Source of the DNA: Candidatus Sigynarchaeum calidifontis
GTDB lineage: Archaea > Asgardarchaeota > Lokiarchaeia > Sigyniarchaeales > Sigyniarchaeaceae
Direction of reading: 5' to 3'
Assembly: GCA_030587475.2 (NCBI GenBank)
Contig: JAUQYZ020000187.1
Location: 1 to 20,542, forward strand
Length of the DNA: 20,542 bases
The notes under the pieces were generated by a model. The model had not been told where the DNA came from, ran no database searches, and worked only from the letters and a program-made list of their open reading frames with translations. Shown here piece after piece: positions 1 to 7,611 of the stretch (positions are counted from its first letter, which is position 1; every line of letters starts with the position of its first letter). The translations under genes were made by a program, and so were the position numbers.

Positions 1-41
1 ATGAGTTGATTTATTCAAATAGTGCCTAAAAAAACGTGATT

Positions 42-425
42 TTACTCGATGCCGAAGCGCTTGGTAACTTTCACGATCAAGAATATGACGAACGCCACGA
101 TGATGAACGTGATCAGCGCGCTCAAGAAATCCCCGATGAGAAATTCTTGCGTTAGCACGGAAACCTTCAAGCTTGCCAGGTCCGAAAGGCCAGGGATAAG
201 CAGCCCGATCAAGGGCAACAACAAATCCTTGACAAGGGCCTGGACAAGGCCACCAAGGTAGAGCCCGATGATGAAGGCGACCGCGAGCCCCAAGACCTTG
301 TAATTCTTCAAGAAATCCTTAAACTCGAGCATCAAGTTTTTCGGCGGGGATGGCGGTGCCGGGGGCTTCGGTTCGAGCAATTTCTTGATCTGGCGCAACT
401 CTTCGACGATTGCTTCTTCGCTCAT
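42..425 (-). CDS. mscL: Large-conductance mechanosensitive channel MscL family protein (127 aa)
   Basis: S1 helix LMLEFKDFL, TM1 VLGLAVAFIIGLYLGGLVQALVKDLLLPLIG and TM2 IGDFLSALITFIIVAFVIFLIVK match the MscL pattern. Start placed at ATG 425 because AGGTG lies 6 nt upstream; the ORF-track GTG at 434 is part of that RBS. Confidence 0.9.
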   Translation of the reverse strand: MSEEAIVEELRQIKKLLEPKPPAPPSPPKNLMLEFKDFLKNYKVLGLAVAFIIGLYLGGLVQALVKDLLLPLIGLLIPGLSDLASLKVSVLTQEFLIGDFLSALITFIIVAFVIFLIVKVTKRFGIE

Positions 426-453
426 GTCGTGCACCTATAACCTCATCTGGTGC

Positions 454-466
454 ATATATATAAAAA
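454..466 (-). promoter_or_regulatory. Putative archaeal TATA box for mscL
   Basis: The minus strand reads TTTTTTATATATA about 30 nt upstream of the mscL ATG. Confidence 0.55.
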
Positions 467-532
467 ATTGATCCAAGCCACCAATTTGTGCGCGCGTGCA
501 CGTTCGAGATTAAAACATTTAAAGGGATTATG

Positions 533-545
533 GAAACAAAAAAAA
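533..545 (-). terminator. Putative oligo-T terminator of htpG
   Basis: A T8-containing run lies on the minus strand about 16 nt after the htpG stop. Confidence 0.45.
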
Positions 546-561
546 TGTTCTAAACCGGCAT

Positions 562-2919
562 TTATCCGGATTTCGCAGCATCTACCTTATCCTTGTCTTT
601 TATTTCCTTGGGAGCGGGTTTCTGCTCGTTCGTGCTCCCGGTTGCGTTTATCGCAGGATCCACCTTGTCCTTCTCTTCTATTTCCTTGGGAGCGGGGTTC
701 TGCTCGTCCGTGCTCCCGGTTGCGGCACCTTTTGCCTCAGGCTCGGCCTTCGTTTCTTGTGCTTGCGGGAGGTCGTCCACCGGGTTTTTCACGTCGTCGC
801 GGCGCCGCACGAGCATCTCGAGTAACTGGTTCATGCGCGGCACCATCGAGGCAGGATCGGGTAGATCCCCTTCGGCGAGCAAGCACGTGTCGAGTATTTG
901 TAGCAGGACAGGCTTGATGCGGCCGTTGTTAGGATCCTTGTCGCAGAGATCGATAAGTTCTTGGATCATGGGGTGATCCTTGTTGAACTCGAGTATCTTG
1001 CGGGGAATCTCGAACTCCTTGTCGTGCATCTTGCGCGTCCAGTACCGCATCACTCGCTGCATTGACGAGGTCATCCCGCCCGCGGGGTTGGCCAGCCGGT
1101 AGGGGCTATCGTAGAGCTTGTCCGATACCTTGGCATCGAGGATCTTGTCCCCAAGAACCGCCTTGACCCGATCCAGGAACTTCTTGATGGCGGGTGGGAG
1201 CTCGGGCTCCTTCTTGTCCGCCTCTTTATCCGCTTTCTTCTCGCCTTCCTTCTCTTCCTTTCCTTCATCGTGTTCGTGCTTCAAGTCAGCCTCGGTCGTG
1301 TCGATCGGCACGAAGTGGTATGCCTCCTCCTTCTTGGCATCGCCCTCGCCGGTCGTGACCTTGTACTCGTGCAGGTTCATCATGAGGAAGTTGTCCACGG
1401 GCTCGTTGAAAAAGATGACTTCGAGACCCTCCTTGTTGAACCGGCCCATGTGGGGCGACAATCGCATGGTTGGCAAGTTTTCACCGATGAGATAGTAGAT
1501 CTCCTTTTTTGCCTTCTGCGCGTCCGGCATGCCCTTGACATAGTCGTCGAGCCCCTTCAACTCGTCGTCGCGGGTTTTCGACGTGGGGAATCGAAGGAGT
1601 TTAACCAGCAAATCCTTGTGCGAATGGTCGGTGACCATGCCCTCCTTGAAAAAATACGCGTATTCCTTCCAGAGTGACTTGTACTTCGACGCGTCTTTTT
1701 CCGCGATGGACGAGACCTCGCTGATGAATTTCTTCACGATCAAGTCGTTGATCTTCATGACGATCCGGTTGTTCTGGATCGTGTCGCGGGACACGTTGAG
1801 CGGGATGTCCTCCGTGTCCACGACGCCCGACACGAACCGCATCCACTTGGGGATGAGGTCCTTGCAGCGCGGGATGATGAGCACTTTTTTCGTGTAGAGC
1901 GTGAGGCCGTAATCGACGTCCTCGCGGAGCACGTCCCGGCTTACCGATTCAGGGATGTAGAATATGGAGTTGAAGATGACCTGCCCCTCGACGTTGTAAT
2001 GTACCACGTGCGCGTAATCGTCCCATCTTTTCGAAATGAAATGATAGAACTTCTTGTATTCCTCGGGGGTGATTTCCTGGGGTTTTCTTTTCCAGATGGG
2101 AACGAGCTCATTAACGGGTTTGCGTTCCTCTTTCTTTTCTTCCTTCTTTTCTTCTTTCTCTTCCTTCTTTTCCTCGCCGGCCTTTACCTCCCCCTCCTTC
2201 GCTTCTGGCTCTTTTTTCTCGCCTTCCTTCTTGTCTTCCTCTAAACTAACGTCAACCTCCTTTTTAGCCTCGTCTTTCACGAAGATGGGGAATGGAATGT
2301 AATTCGAATATTTCCGGATGATCTCTTGAAGTTTATACTTGCTCAAGTACTCGTCGGCATCCTCGTCGCGCAAATACACGGTGATCTCGGTACCGCGCGT
2401 GGCTTTCTCCGCGGGGGTCACCGTGAACTCTCCAGACCCGTCGGATTCCCACAAGTGCGCGGGCTCGCCCTTCTTGTAGGATTTCGAGAGAACCTTGACG
2501 TTCTTGGCGACCATGAACACGGAATAGAAACCAACACCAAATTGACCGATGATATCCATGTCGGCGAGCTTGTCCTTGTTTTCTGTTGCCTCTTTCAGCG
2601 ATTTCAAGAACTTTTCGGAATCGCTACTGGCAATCGTGCCGAGGTTGTCGATCAATTCTTGCTTGGTCATGCCCACGCCGGTATCTCGTACCATCAATGT
2701 TTTTTCCTTCTGGTCGAACGAAACTTCTATTTCAAGCGGTAGATCCTCCACCTCCTTGTCTTGCAGCTGGATGAACCGCATTTTCGACAAGGCATCCGAT
2801 GCGTTGCTGATGAGTTCCCGGAGGAAGACATCTTGATGTTGGTAGAGGGATTTTGACAAGATGCTGAGCAATTTCTTTATCTCGGCCTTGAACTCGAATT
2901 TCGTGCTCGATCCGGACAT
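562..2919 (-). CDS. htpG: Molecular chaperone HtpG/Hsp90 (785 aa)
   Basis: GHKL motifs FLRELISNASDAL, DTGVGMT, IIGQFGVGFYS and GTEI; middle-domain catalytic loop PLNVSR; C-terminal ILEFNxxHP. Confidence 0.97.
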   Translation of the reverse strand: MSGSSTKFEFKAEIKKLLSILSKSLYQHQDVFLRELISNASDALSKMRFIQLQDKEVEDLPLEIEVSFDQKEKTLMVRDTGVGMTKQELIDNLGTIASSDSEKFLKSLKEATENKDKLADMDIIGQFGVGFYSVFMVAKNVKVLSKSYKKGEPAHLWESDGSGEFTVTPAEKATRGTEITVYLRDEDADEYLSKYKLQEIIRKYSNYIPFPIFVKDEAKKEVDVSLEEDKKEGEKKEPEAKEGEVKAGEEKKEEKEEKKEEKKEERKPVNELVPIWKRKPQEITPEEYKKFYHFISKRWDDYAHVVHYNVEGQVIFNSIFYIPESVSRDVLREDVDYGLTLYTKKVLIIPRCKDLIPKWMRFVSGVVDTEDIPLNVSRDTIQNNRIVMKINDLIVKKFISEVSSIAEKDASKYKSLWKEYAYFFKEGMVTDHSHKDLLVKLLRFPTSKTRDDELKGLDDYVKGMPDAQKAKKEIYYLIGENLPTMRLSPHMGRFNKEGLEVIFFNEPVDNFLMMNLHEYKVTTGEGDAKKEEAYHFVPIDTTEADLKHEHDEGKEEKEGEKKADKEADKKEPELPPAIKKFLDRVKAVLGDKILDAKVSDKLYDSPYRLANPAGGMTSSMQRVMRYWTRKMHDKEFEIPRKILEFNKDHPMIQELIDLCDKDPNNGRIKPVLLQILDTCLLAEGDLPDPASMVPRMNQLLEMLVRRRDDVKNPVDDLPQAQETKAEPEAKGAATGSTDEQNPAPKEIEEKDKVDPAINATGSTNEQKPAPKEIKDKDKVDAAKSG
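573..724. repeat. Two imperfect direct repeats, period 78 bp, in the htpG 3' end
   Basis: 573-646 and 651-724 align without gaps. They encode ATGST(D/N)EQ(N/K)PAPKEI(E/K)(E/D)KDKVD twice. Confidence 0.95.
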
Positions 2920-2997
2920 TGTTCGTTACCCGCTGGTTTGTATTGGTTGCAGCTACATTGGAAACGGATCGAGAAAAAAATTTCCGGCATGGACTTC

Positions 2998-3005
2998 TAT
3001 AAAAA
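2998..3005 (-). promoter_or_regulatory. Putative TATA box for htpG
   Basis: TTTTTATA on the minus strand about 80 nt upstream of the htpG ATG. Confidence 0.45.
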
Positions 3006-3093
3006 GCAAGGTTTGGCAAGCCTTTATTCAAGCTCGAAAAGGCGCGGGGCGGATCTTCAAGCGTCGATGGTGGAACGCTTGCTAAGAATGCAT

Positions 3094-3387
3094 TCAGATC
3101 TCGTCCTCTTCATCATCATCGTTTTCGATATCCTCGTCATCGATGTCATCATCGTCATCGTCGGGATAATATCTGAGGAATTTCCCGCGTATTTCCCTCT
3201 CGACCTCGACGTCGAATAACATCGTGGTTATCTCGTCAAGGACATCATAAACCGCCTCTGCTGTCTTGATATCAATGTCTGCAGCCCGTGCGATGTCTTC
3301 CAAGAAAAGCTTTGTCTTCGGTCTCTCCAGGAGGGCGTCCTTGATGCGACCGATGATCGCCTTGAACTCGTCAAACGAGATCGACAT
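3094..3387 (-). CDS. Small hypothetical protein (97 aa), winged-HTH-like core with Asp/Glu-rich C-terminal tail
   Basis: From ATG 3387: MSISFDEFK...LFLEDIARAADIDIKTAEAVYDVL (HTH-like), a beta-hairpin-like EVEREIRGKFLRYYP, then DDDDDDIDDEDIENDDDEEDEI. The upstream extension to 3627 in the ORF track looks non-coding. Confidence 0.75.
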   Translation of the reverse strand: MSISFDEFKAIIGRIKDALLERPKTKLFLEDIARAADIDIKTAEAVYDVLDEITTMLFDVEVEREIRGKFLRYYPDDDDDDIDDEDIENDDDEEDEI

Positions 3388-3468
3388 GCTTGATCCATTC
3401 CCTTCAAATGAATAAATAGCTCGAGGAAATGGATCGATGGCGACGCAGTCACGCAGCGGGAGGCGACC

Positions 3469-3651
3469 GTGGCACGCGATGCCTTCACGGATGCCGCAGG
3501 GAAGGTCACCATCAAGGGCGTGCAGACCGACTCGTTCTGGGATCCGCTGGGGAACAAGGACGATTTTGCAAAGGACGGTGCCGGCAAGGGGTATTCGATC
3601 GCGTTGGATAGTGAGAGGATCCAGCAAGTTATTGTATTTTGCCCACGCTAG
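3469..3651 (+). CDS. Possible small protein or gene remnant (60 aa)
   Basis: GGGAGG at 3458-3463 precedes GTG 3469. The composition is protein-like (KVTIKGVQTDSFWDPLGNKDDFAKDG), but I recognise no family. Confidence 0.3.
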   Translation: MARDAFTDAAGKVTIKGVQTDSFWDPLGNKDDFAKDGAGKGYSIALDSERIQQVIVFCPR

Positions 3652-3842
3652 CCTACGTTCTGAGGCTCGAAATCAAGGAATGACATTTAATGGCCAGATA
3701 TCGTCTTCGAGAATCAAGCGATCTGTATTGATTTCCATCGTTGTTTTCGTTAAGTCGGAACTTGTAATTATGAACTTTGAATTGATGCTGGGGAAAAAAG
3801 AGAGATTGAAAGGAAAAAACATGAAACGTGGAATGTTTTGTT

Positions 3843-4328
3843 TTAAACCTTGGGAGGATAGGGGAGATTCTTGCGCTCTTCCTTTAACACCCGCTTTGCA
3901 GCGATCTCCTGAACATTACCACCAATATTGGCTTTCACGACGATTTCATGCTCGCCTGGAGGCAAGCCGCCGGGCATCTCGTACATGATGACGAGCTTGC
4001 CGCCGACGGGGATCGTGACGCCCGCTGCATCCTTCAAGTTGGCCAGGGTGACCTCCTTGTCCTCGTATCGGAGGGTGAGCTTCTTGATGTCGAACGCCAT
4101 CTCCTTGCCATCGACGCTGAGATTGATCAATTTCGAGAGATCGTCGACGCCGGCAAGCTTGGCAAGCTCCTTGGGGTCACTGGGGATCTCCGCGGGGACG
4201 GTCAAGGGGGAGATAACGTTGACGATGTAGAAGCCGAAGTGCGTTGGTTGACCACCCGTTTTGCTCGTGTTGAAGAACGAGTCCTCGGGAATCATGCGTT
4301 TTAATATGTACTTGGGTATATAGGACAT
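3843..4328 (-). CDS. Hypothetical protein (161 aa), probable beta-sandwich
   Basis: Start MSYIPKYILKRM at ATG 4328 with GTGAG upstream. Alternating beta-strand patterns and a LPPGEHEIVV motif; followed by a T-rich tract. Confidence 0.85.
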   Translation of the reverse strand: MSYIPKYILKRMIPEDSFFNTSKTGGQPTHFGFYIVNVISPLTVPAEIPSDPKELAKLAGVDDLSKLINLSVDGKEMAFDIKKLTLRYEDKEVTLANLKDAAGVTIPVGGKLVIMYEMPGGLPPGEHEIVVKANIGGNVQEIAAKRVLKEERKNLPYPPKV

Positions 4329-4667
4329 TTGACTCACTCTGTGTTTTATACTCACTCTTAGTTTCAACACTACCTTGTAGGTAGGGTCTGATCAAGTGTT
4401 GGTAAGGTTCATTAAAAGTGTATCTACCAAAAATAGAATATTCGTGCGTGTGAAGGCGCGAAAGGCGAGCCTTGTTCGCTTGCACAGATCTACGAACGCG
4501 CGAGGATTGACAACTTGTGAATTTTCGTGTTTGAATCAATCCCCATCGTTCACTTGCCAGGATTCCTTGTACAAGTACGCTGAGAAATGAGCCTTGATCA
4601 TCACGAAGGGTCTTGCCACGGCCCGCGTGTACTGGGTTGAAAGGCCTATCGCTTCGATTCAAGAAAT

Positions 4668-4694
4668 GAAAAAAGAGTTCTCATAAAAAAAAAG
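4668..4694 (-). terminator. Putative oligo-T terminator of the GTPase/longin-wHTH unit
   Basis: T9 and T6 runs immediately follow the TGA at 4696 on the minus strand. Confidence 0.55.
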
Positions 4695-4695
4695 T

Positions 4696-5268
4696 TCAGG
4701 TTAGGGTCCACAGCACGGAGCGGCCGTCCTTGCCCGCGCGCTTGACGAGCCCGTCATGCTCCAGGTTGCTCATGATAGCCCATATCTCCGAGCTTGTCAA
4801 TTGGAAGTGCTTGCGGATCTCGGGCGTCGCCAGCGTGTTCTTGCGGAGCATGTTGCAGATGATGCGCTCGATCTCCTTGGTGTTATCGTTTTCGTCGGAT
4901 TTCGCGGCCGGGTTCTCCAGCTCGTCGGTGACCTCTTGCATCTCCATCTGGGCGGAGATATCATCGGCCAACGCTTTCAGGCGGGCCATGTTCTCGAGCC
5001 CCTTCGTGTTCTTGAGGAACAAACAGACGAGATCTAAACCCTTCTGGAAGCCCACGACGCTGAACGAGTCGTAAACGATGGCTTGCGGGACAGGCCCGAT
5101 CTCGTTCCCACCCTTGAAGGCAAGGTAGGTCGCCAGGGCAAAATGATCGTAATCCAACTTCACGCTGTTTTTCAAGTCAATTTCTTTTTTCCAGCGCACC
5201 ATCGGGCCGGAGATCATGTCGAAACCGATCGACATCGCGCTGGAGACATCATCCATGGTACTGGTCAT
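4696..5268 (-). CDS. Putative longin/uDENN-like domain + C-terminal winged helix-turn-helix protein (190 aa)
   Basis: N-terminal SIGFDMISGPMVRW resembles the uDENN/NPR2-type FxxxxGP strand-turn-strand. An acidic linker follows, then IERIICNMLRKNTLATPEIRKHFQLTSSEIWAIMSNLEHDGLVKR...VLWTL, a classic wHTH. AGGTGA RBS lies 8 nt before ATG 5268. Confidence 0.75.
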   Translation of the reverse strand: MTSTMDDVSSAMSIGFDMISGPMVRWKKEIDLKNSVKLDYDHFALATYLAFKGGNEIGPVPQAIVYDSFSVVGFQKGLDLVCLFLKNTKGLENMARLKALADDISAQMEMQEVTDELENPAAKSDENDNTKEIERIICNMLRKNTLATPEIRKHFQLTSSEIWAIMSNLEHDGLVKRAGKDGRSVLWTLT

Positions 5269-5290
5269 GTTCGTTGTCACCTTCGATTGA

Positions 5291-5770
5291 TCATTTTCGC
5301 TTCAAGCATTGCTTCAAGATCGCGTACATCTTTTCCTGGTTGTCGGGATCCGTGGCAACCATGGGATATGCGGGGACGCCGAGCAAGTTGGCGACCCGTT
5401 CGGCAGACATCGCGTTCGGCAAGTCCTGCTTGTTGGCGACCGCGATGATCTTCGTGTCGTCGTCCTCGGTCAACCGCTTGGCCCACTCGATGAGCTGCTT
5501 GGTTTGCAGTACATTCACGGGGGTCGAATCCGTGACGACGACGATCACGTCCGAACCGAGGATGTATTGCCGCCAGAACTCGTAAAAGGCTGCTTGCCCA
5601 CCAAAATCCCACATGATGGCCTGGGCATTACGTCCCATCTTGATCGCGCCCCGGTCGAACCCTTGCGTGGGGATGTATTGGCCTGTAATTTCTTTTCCCT
5701 CCAGCAGCTTGAGTATCGTGGTCTTGCCAACTGCGGGGGCTCCTAATATGGCCGCTTTGCTCGTGTTCAT
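5291..5770 (-). CDS. Arf-like small GTPase (159 aa)
   Basis: G1 GAPAVGKT, G2 IPT, G3 WDFGGQ, switch II FWRQY, G4 NKQDL, G5-like MVA. There is no N-terminal amphipathic helix. Confidence 0.93.
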   Translation of the reverse strand: MNTSKAAILGAPAVGKTTILKLLEGKEITGQYIPTQGFDRGAIKMGRNAQAIMWDFGGQAAFYEFWRQYILGSDVIVVVTDSTPVNVLQTKQLIEWAKRLTEDDDTKIIAVANKQDLPNAMSAERVANLLGVPAYPMVATDPDNQEKMYAILKQCLKRK

Positions 5771-5969
5771 GTGAATCACGTTGCATCGCGATGGATGCGT
5801 CGTTGGAATGAACCCGCATGCCGGCGCTTATGTGCCTGGATGTCATCCCCGTATCACGCGGCGAAAGGCTATTATGGCCAGACGACGCGGATCAAGCCTA
5901 GCCATTGTCTTTGCATATCATTTGGATCAGTGTTCAAAATTGAGCCGTTCATTAGCATCGATCTTCGAC

Positions 5970-7481
5970 ATGGTCGACAAGAATCCTATCGTCTACGACA
6001 TATTGTTGCCAGATTTCATCCCGAAGATCATGGATCTCCCTCACGGCTATGCATTGCTTATTAAGGGAGACGCGGGCACGGGCAAGTCCACTTTTGCCAT
6101 GGAAATCTGCATGCAATATGCCGACCAGTCCAGCATCATCTTCGTCTCGACGCGAACCAATCTCGAAGATCTTGGAACCCAGTACGCCACGTTCATCCAG
6201 AAAGTGGGAAAAAGCAGCATCAAGGATCTTGCCACGGTCGGAATGTCTGACGAAAGGCTGAAATTGCTCGATGTCGCAACAGAATCATTCCTCAATTTAT
6301 TCCTTGATTTCGAGAAGATCCTCAAGGAGATTTCGGAAAAGAATCGTCTTTTGGTCGAAAAAGGGGGCACGCCACGCAAGACCATCGTCATCATCGATTC
6401 CATCGAGAAGATGATCGAGTCTATTCGGAGAAGGAAGGCCGCGACCACGGATTCGATGGTTTACGAGACGCTGATCGAGTACGCACGGAAATTCTCGTTG
6501 AAGCTATTCATCGTCGCTGAGACCGCCCAAAAAACACCGAACGATTACTTGGTTGATGGAATCATCACTTTATATAGGGACATCCAGTCTGTTCCTGATC
6601 GCATCGTGCGAACCATGGAGATCCAGAAATTACGTAACATGAGCATTGATCAGCAGATGATCGTGTTTACGTTGTATCAAGGTCGTTTCCGCGCGATTCC
6701 AAATCTCAAGCCACGCATAACCATCTTGCCGATCGACCAGCAAGCCCACGCGCTCCACGGCCTCATGGAAGGAAACCAGTTGAGCCAGCTCTTTTTCATC
6801 AACCTGTTCCAAGCGAAGAACCTCTACGTGGACATCGATGCCTTTGGCAGCTCGATGCTGACCATGTGGCAAGTCATATGCACGGTCGTGGCCTTGTTGA
6901 ACAAGATCCCGGTGCTCTTCATCGCGCCAGTGGAGGTGAACCTCCAGCGGTACGTGAAGGCCCTCAGTGGTGCCTTCGGGGAGCAATACATCCGCAAGTA
7001 CTTCAAGATCGGGTTCGTACCCAAGCCACGCGTGGCCGCGGACTGGACGCCCGATTACTTGCTCGTGTCACAATCCAACGATTTCCTCGAGGAAATCCGC
7101 GCCGTGCGAAACGAGCTCCAAACCATGCGGGGGATTTCGAGCAGCAAGGCCGTCCTAGCCATCATCCCGCTCGAGTCGGTCTTCTTAAACTACCAGCACG
7201 AGACATTGCCCACGGTTTTCCAGCACATCCGGGATGGTATCTTCACGGAGGCCGACACGATCTTGTGGACGAACCTATCCCACGAGGAAACCGATCCGCT
7301 TTACGCGCGCTTCGTCGACAGCGTTTTTTCCCGCGTCATATTCGCCATGAAGGGAGTACAAATTGCCAAGACGCAGATCCTCTACTGGATGAAGATGCCT
7401 CGCCCGGCATACACGCTCGTCCCGAAATTCGAGGACAAGCCCTTCAAGCTCCTCAAGCTCGACATCATCCCGCTCATGTAG
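5970..7481 (+). CDS. GvpD/KaiC/RAD55-like RecA-superfamily ATPase (about 503 aa) with a degenerate second domain
   Basis: Walker A GDAGTGKST, Walker B IVIIDS, DYLVDGIITL, RTMEIQKLRN and FTLYQGRF (GvpD/KaiC-type motifs). The C-terminal half has no Walker A. Start placed at MVDKNP (5970); the upstream extension is atypical. Confidence 0.8.
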   Translation: MVDKNPIVYDILLPDFIPKIMDLPHGYALLIKGDAGTGKSTFAMEICMQYADQSSIIFVSTRTNLEDLGTQYATFIQKVGKSSIKDLATVGMSDERLKLLDVATESFLNLFLDFEKILKEISEKNRLLVEKGGTPRKTIVIIDSIEKMIESIRRRKAATTDSMVYETLIEYARKFSLKLFIVAETAQKTPNDYLVDGIITLYRDIQSVPDRIVRTMEIQKLRNMSIDQQMIVFTLYQGRFRAIPNLKPRITILPIDQQAHALHGLMEGNQLSQLFFINLFQAKNLYVDIDAFGSSMLTMWQVICTVVALLNKIPVLFIAPVEVNLQRYVKALSGAFGEQYIRKYFKIGFVPKPRVAADWTPDYLLVSQSNDFLEEIRAVRNELQTMRGISSSKAVLAIIPLESVFLNYQHETLPTVFQHIRDGIFTEADTILWTNLSHEETDPLYARFVDSVFSRVIFAMKGVQIAKTQILYWMKMPRPAYTLVPKFEDKPFKLLKLDIIPLM

Positions 7482-7611
7482 TATCGTCTCGGCTAGTACC
7501 CTTTACGACTTGATATTCAGTAAAGAGCCCATCGTTTTTTTAACTCCTTGGGCGATCCTTGTATCTAACAGAGACACGTTAAATGACGAAAATGAGGGCA
7601 TCAACACGATA

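Noticed and set aside
573-724. Repeat considered as a CRISPR or mobile-element signature
   Set aside because: Only two in-frame copies without spacers, inside the htpG CDS, and no cas or transposase genes nearby.
3388-3627. N-terminal extension of the 3094..3627 ORF and the overlapping 3437..3988 ORF
   Set aside because: Atypical composition, and they cross AT-rich intergenic-like sequence. The ATG at 3387 gives a more coherent protein.
4371-4667. About 300-bp intergenic region checked for tRNA, ncRNA or a small CDS (4177..4662, 4396..4590)
   Set aside because: No cloverleaf or convincing long stem, and the ORFs lack an RBS and coding-like composition.
5781-5969. 63-aa N-terminal extension of the ATPase ORF
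   Set aside because: It would leave only about 10 nt for two divergent promoters, and the sequence does not look like part of the ATPase domain.
5970-7481. Calling the ATPase a true gvpD or kaiC
   Set aside because: No gas-vesicle or kaiB genes are nearby and the second domain is degenerate, so only a family-level assignment is supported.
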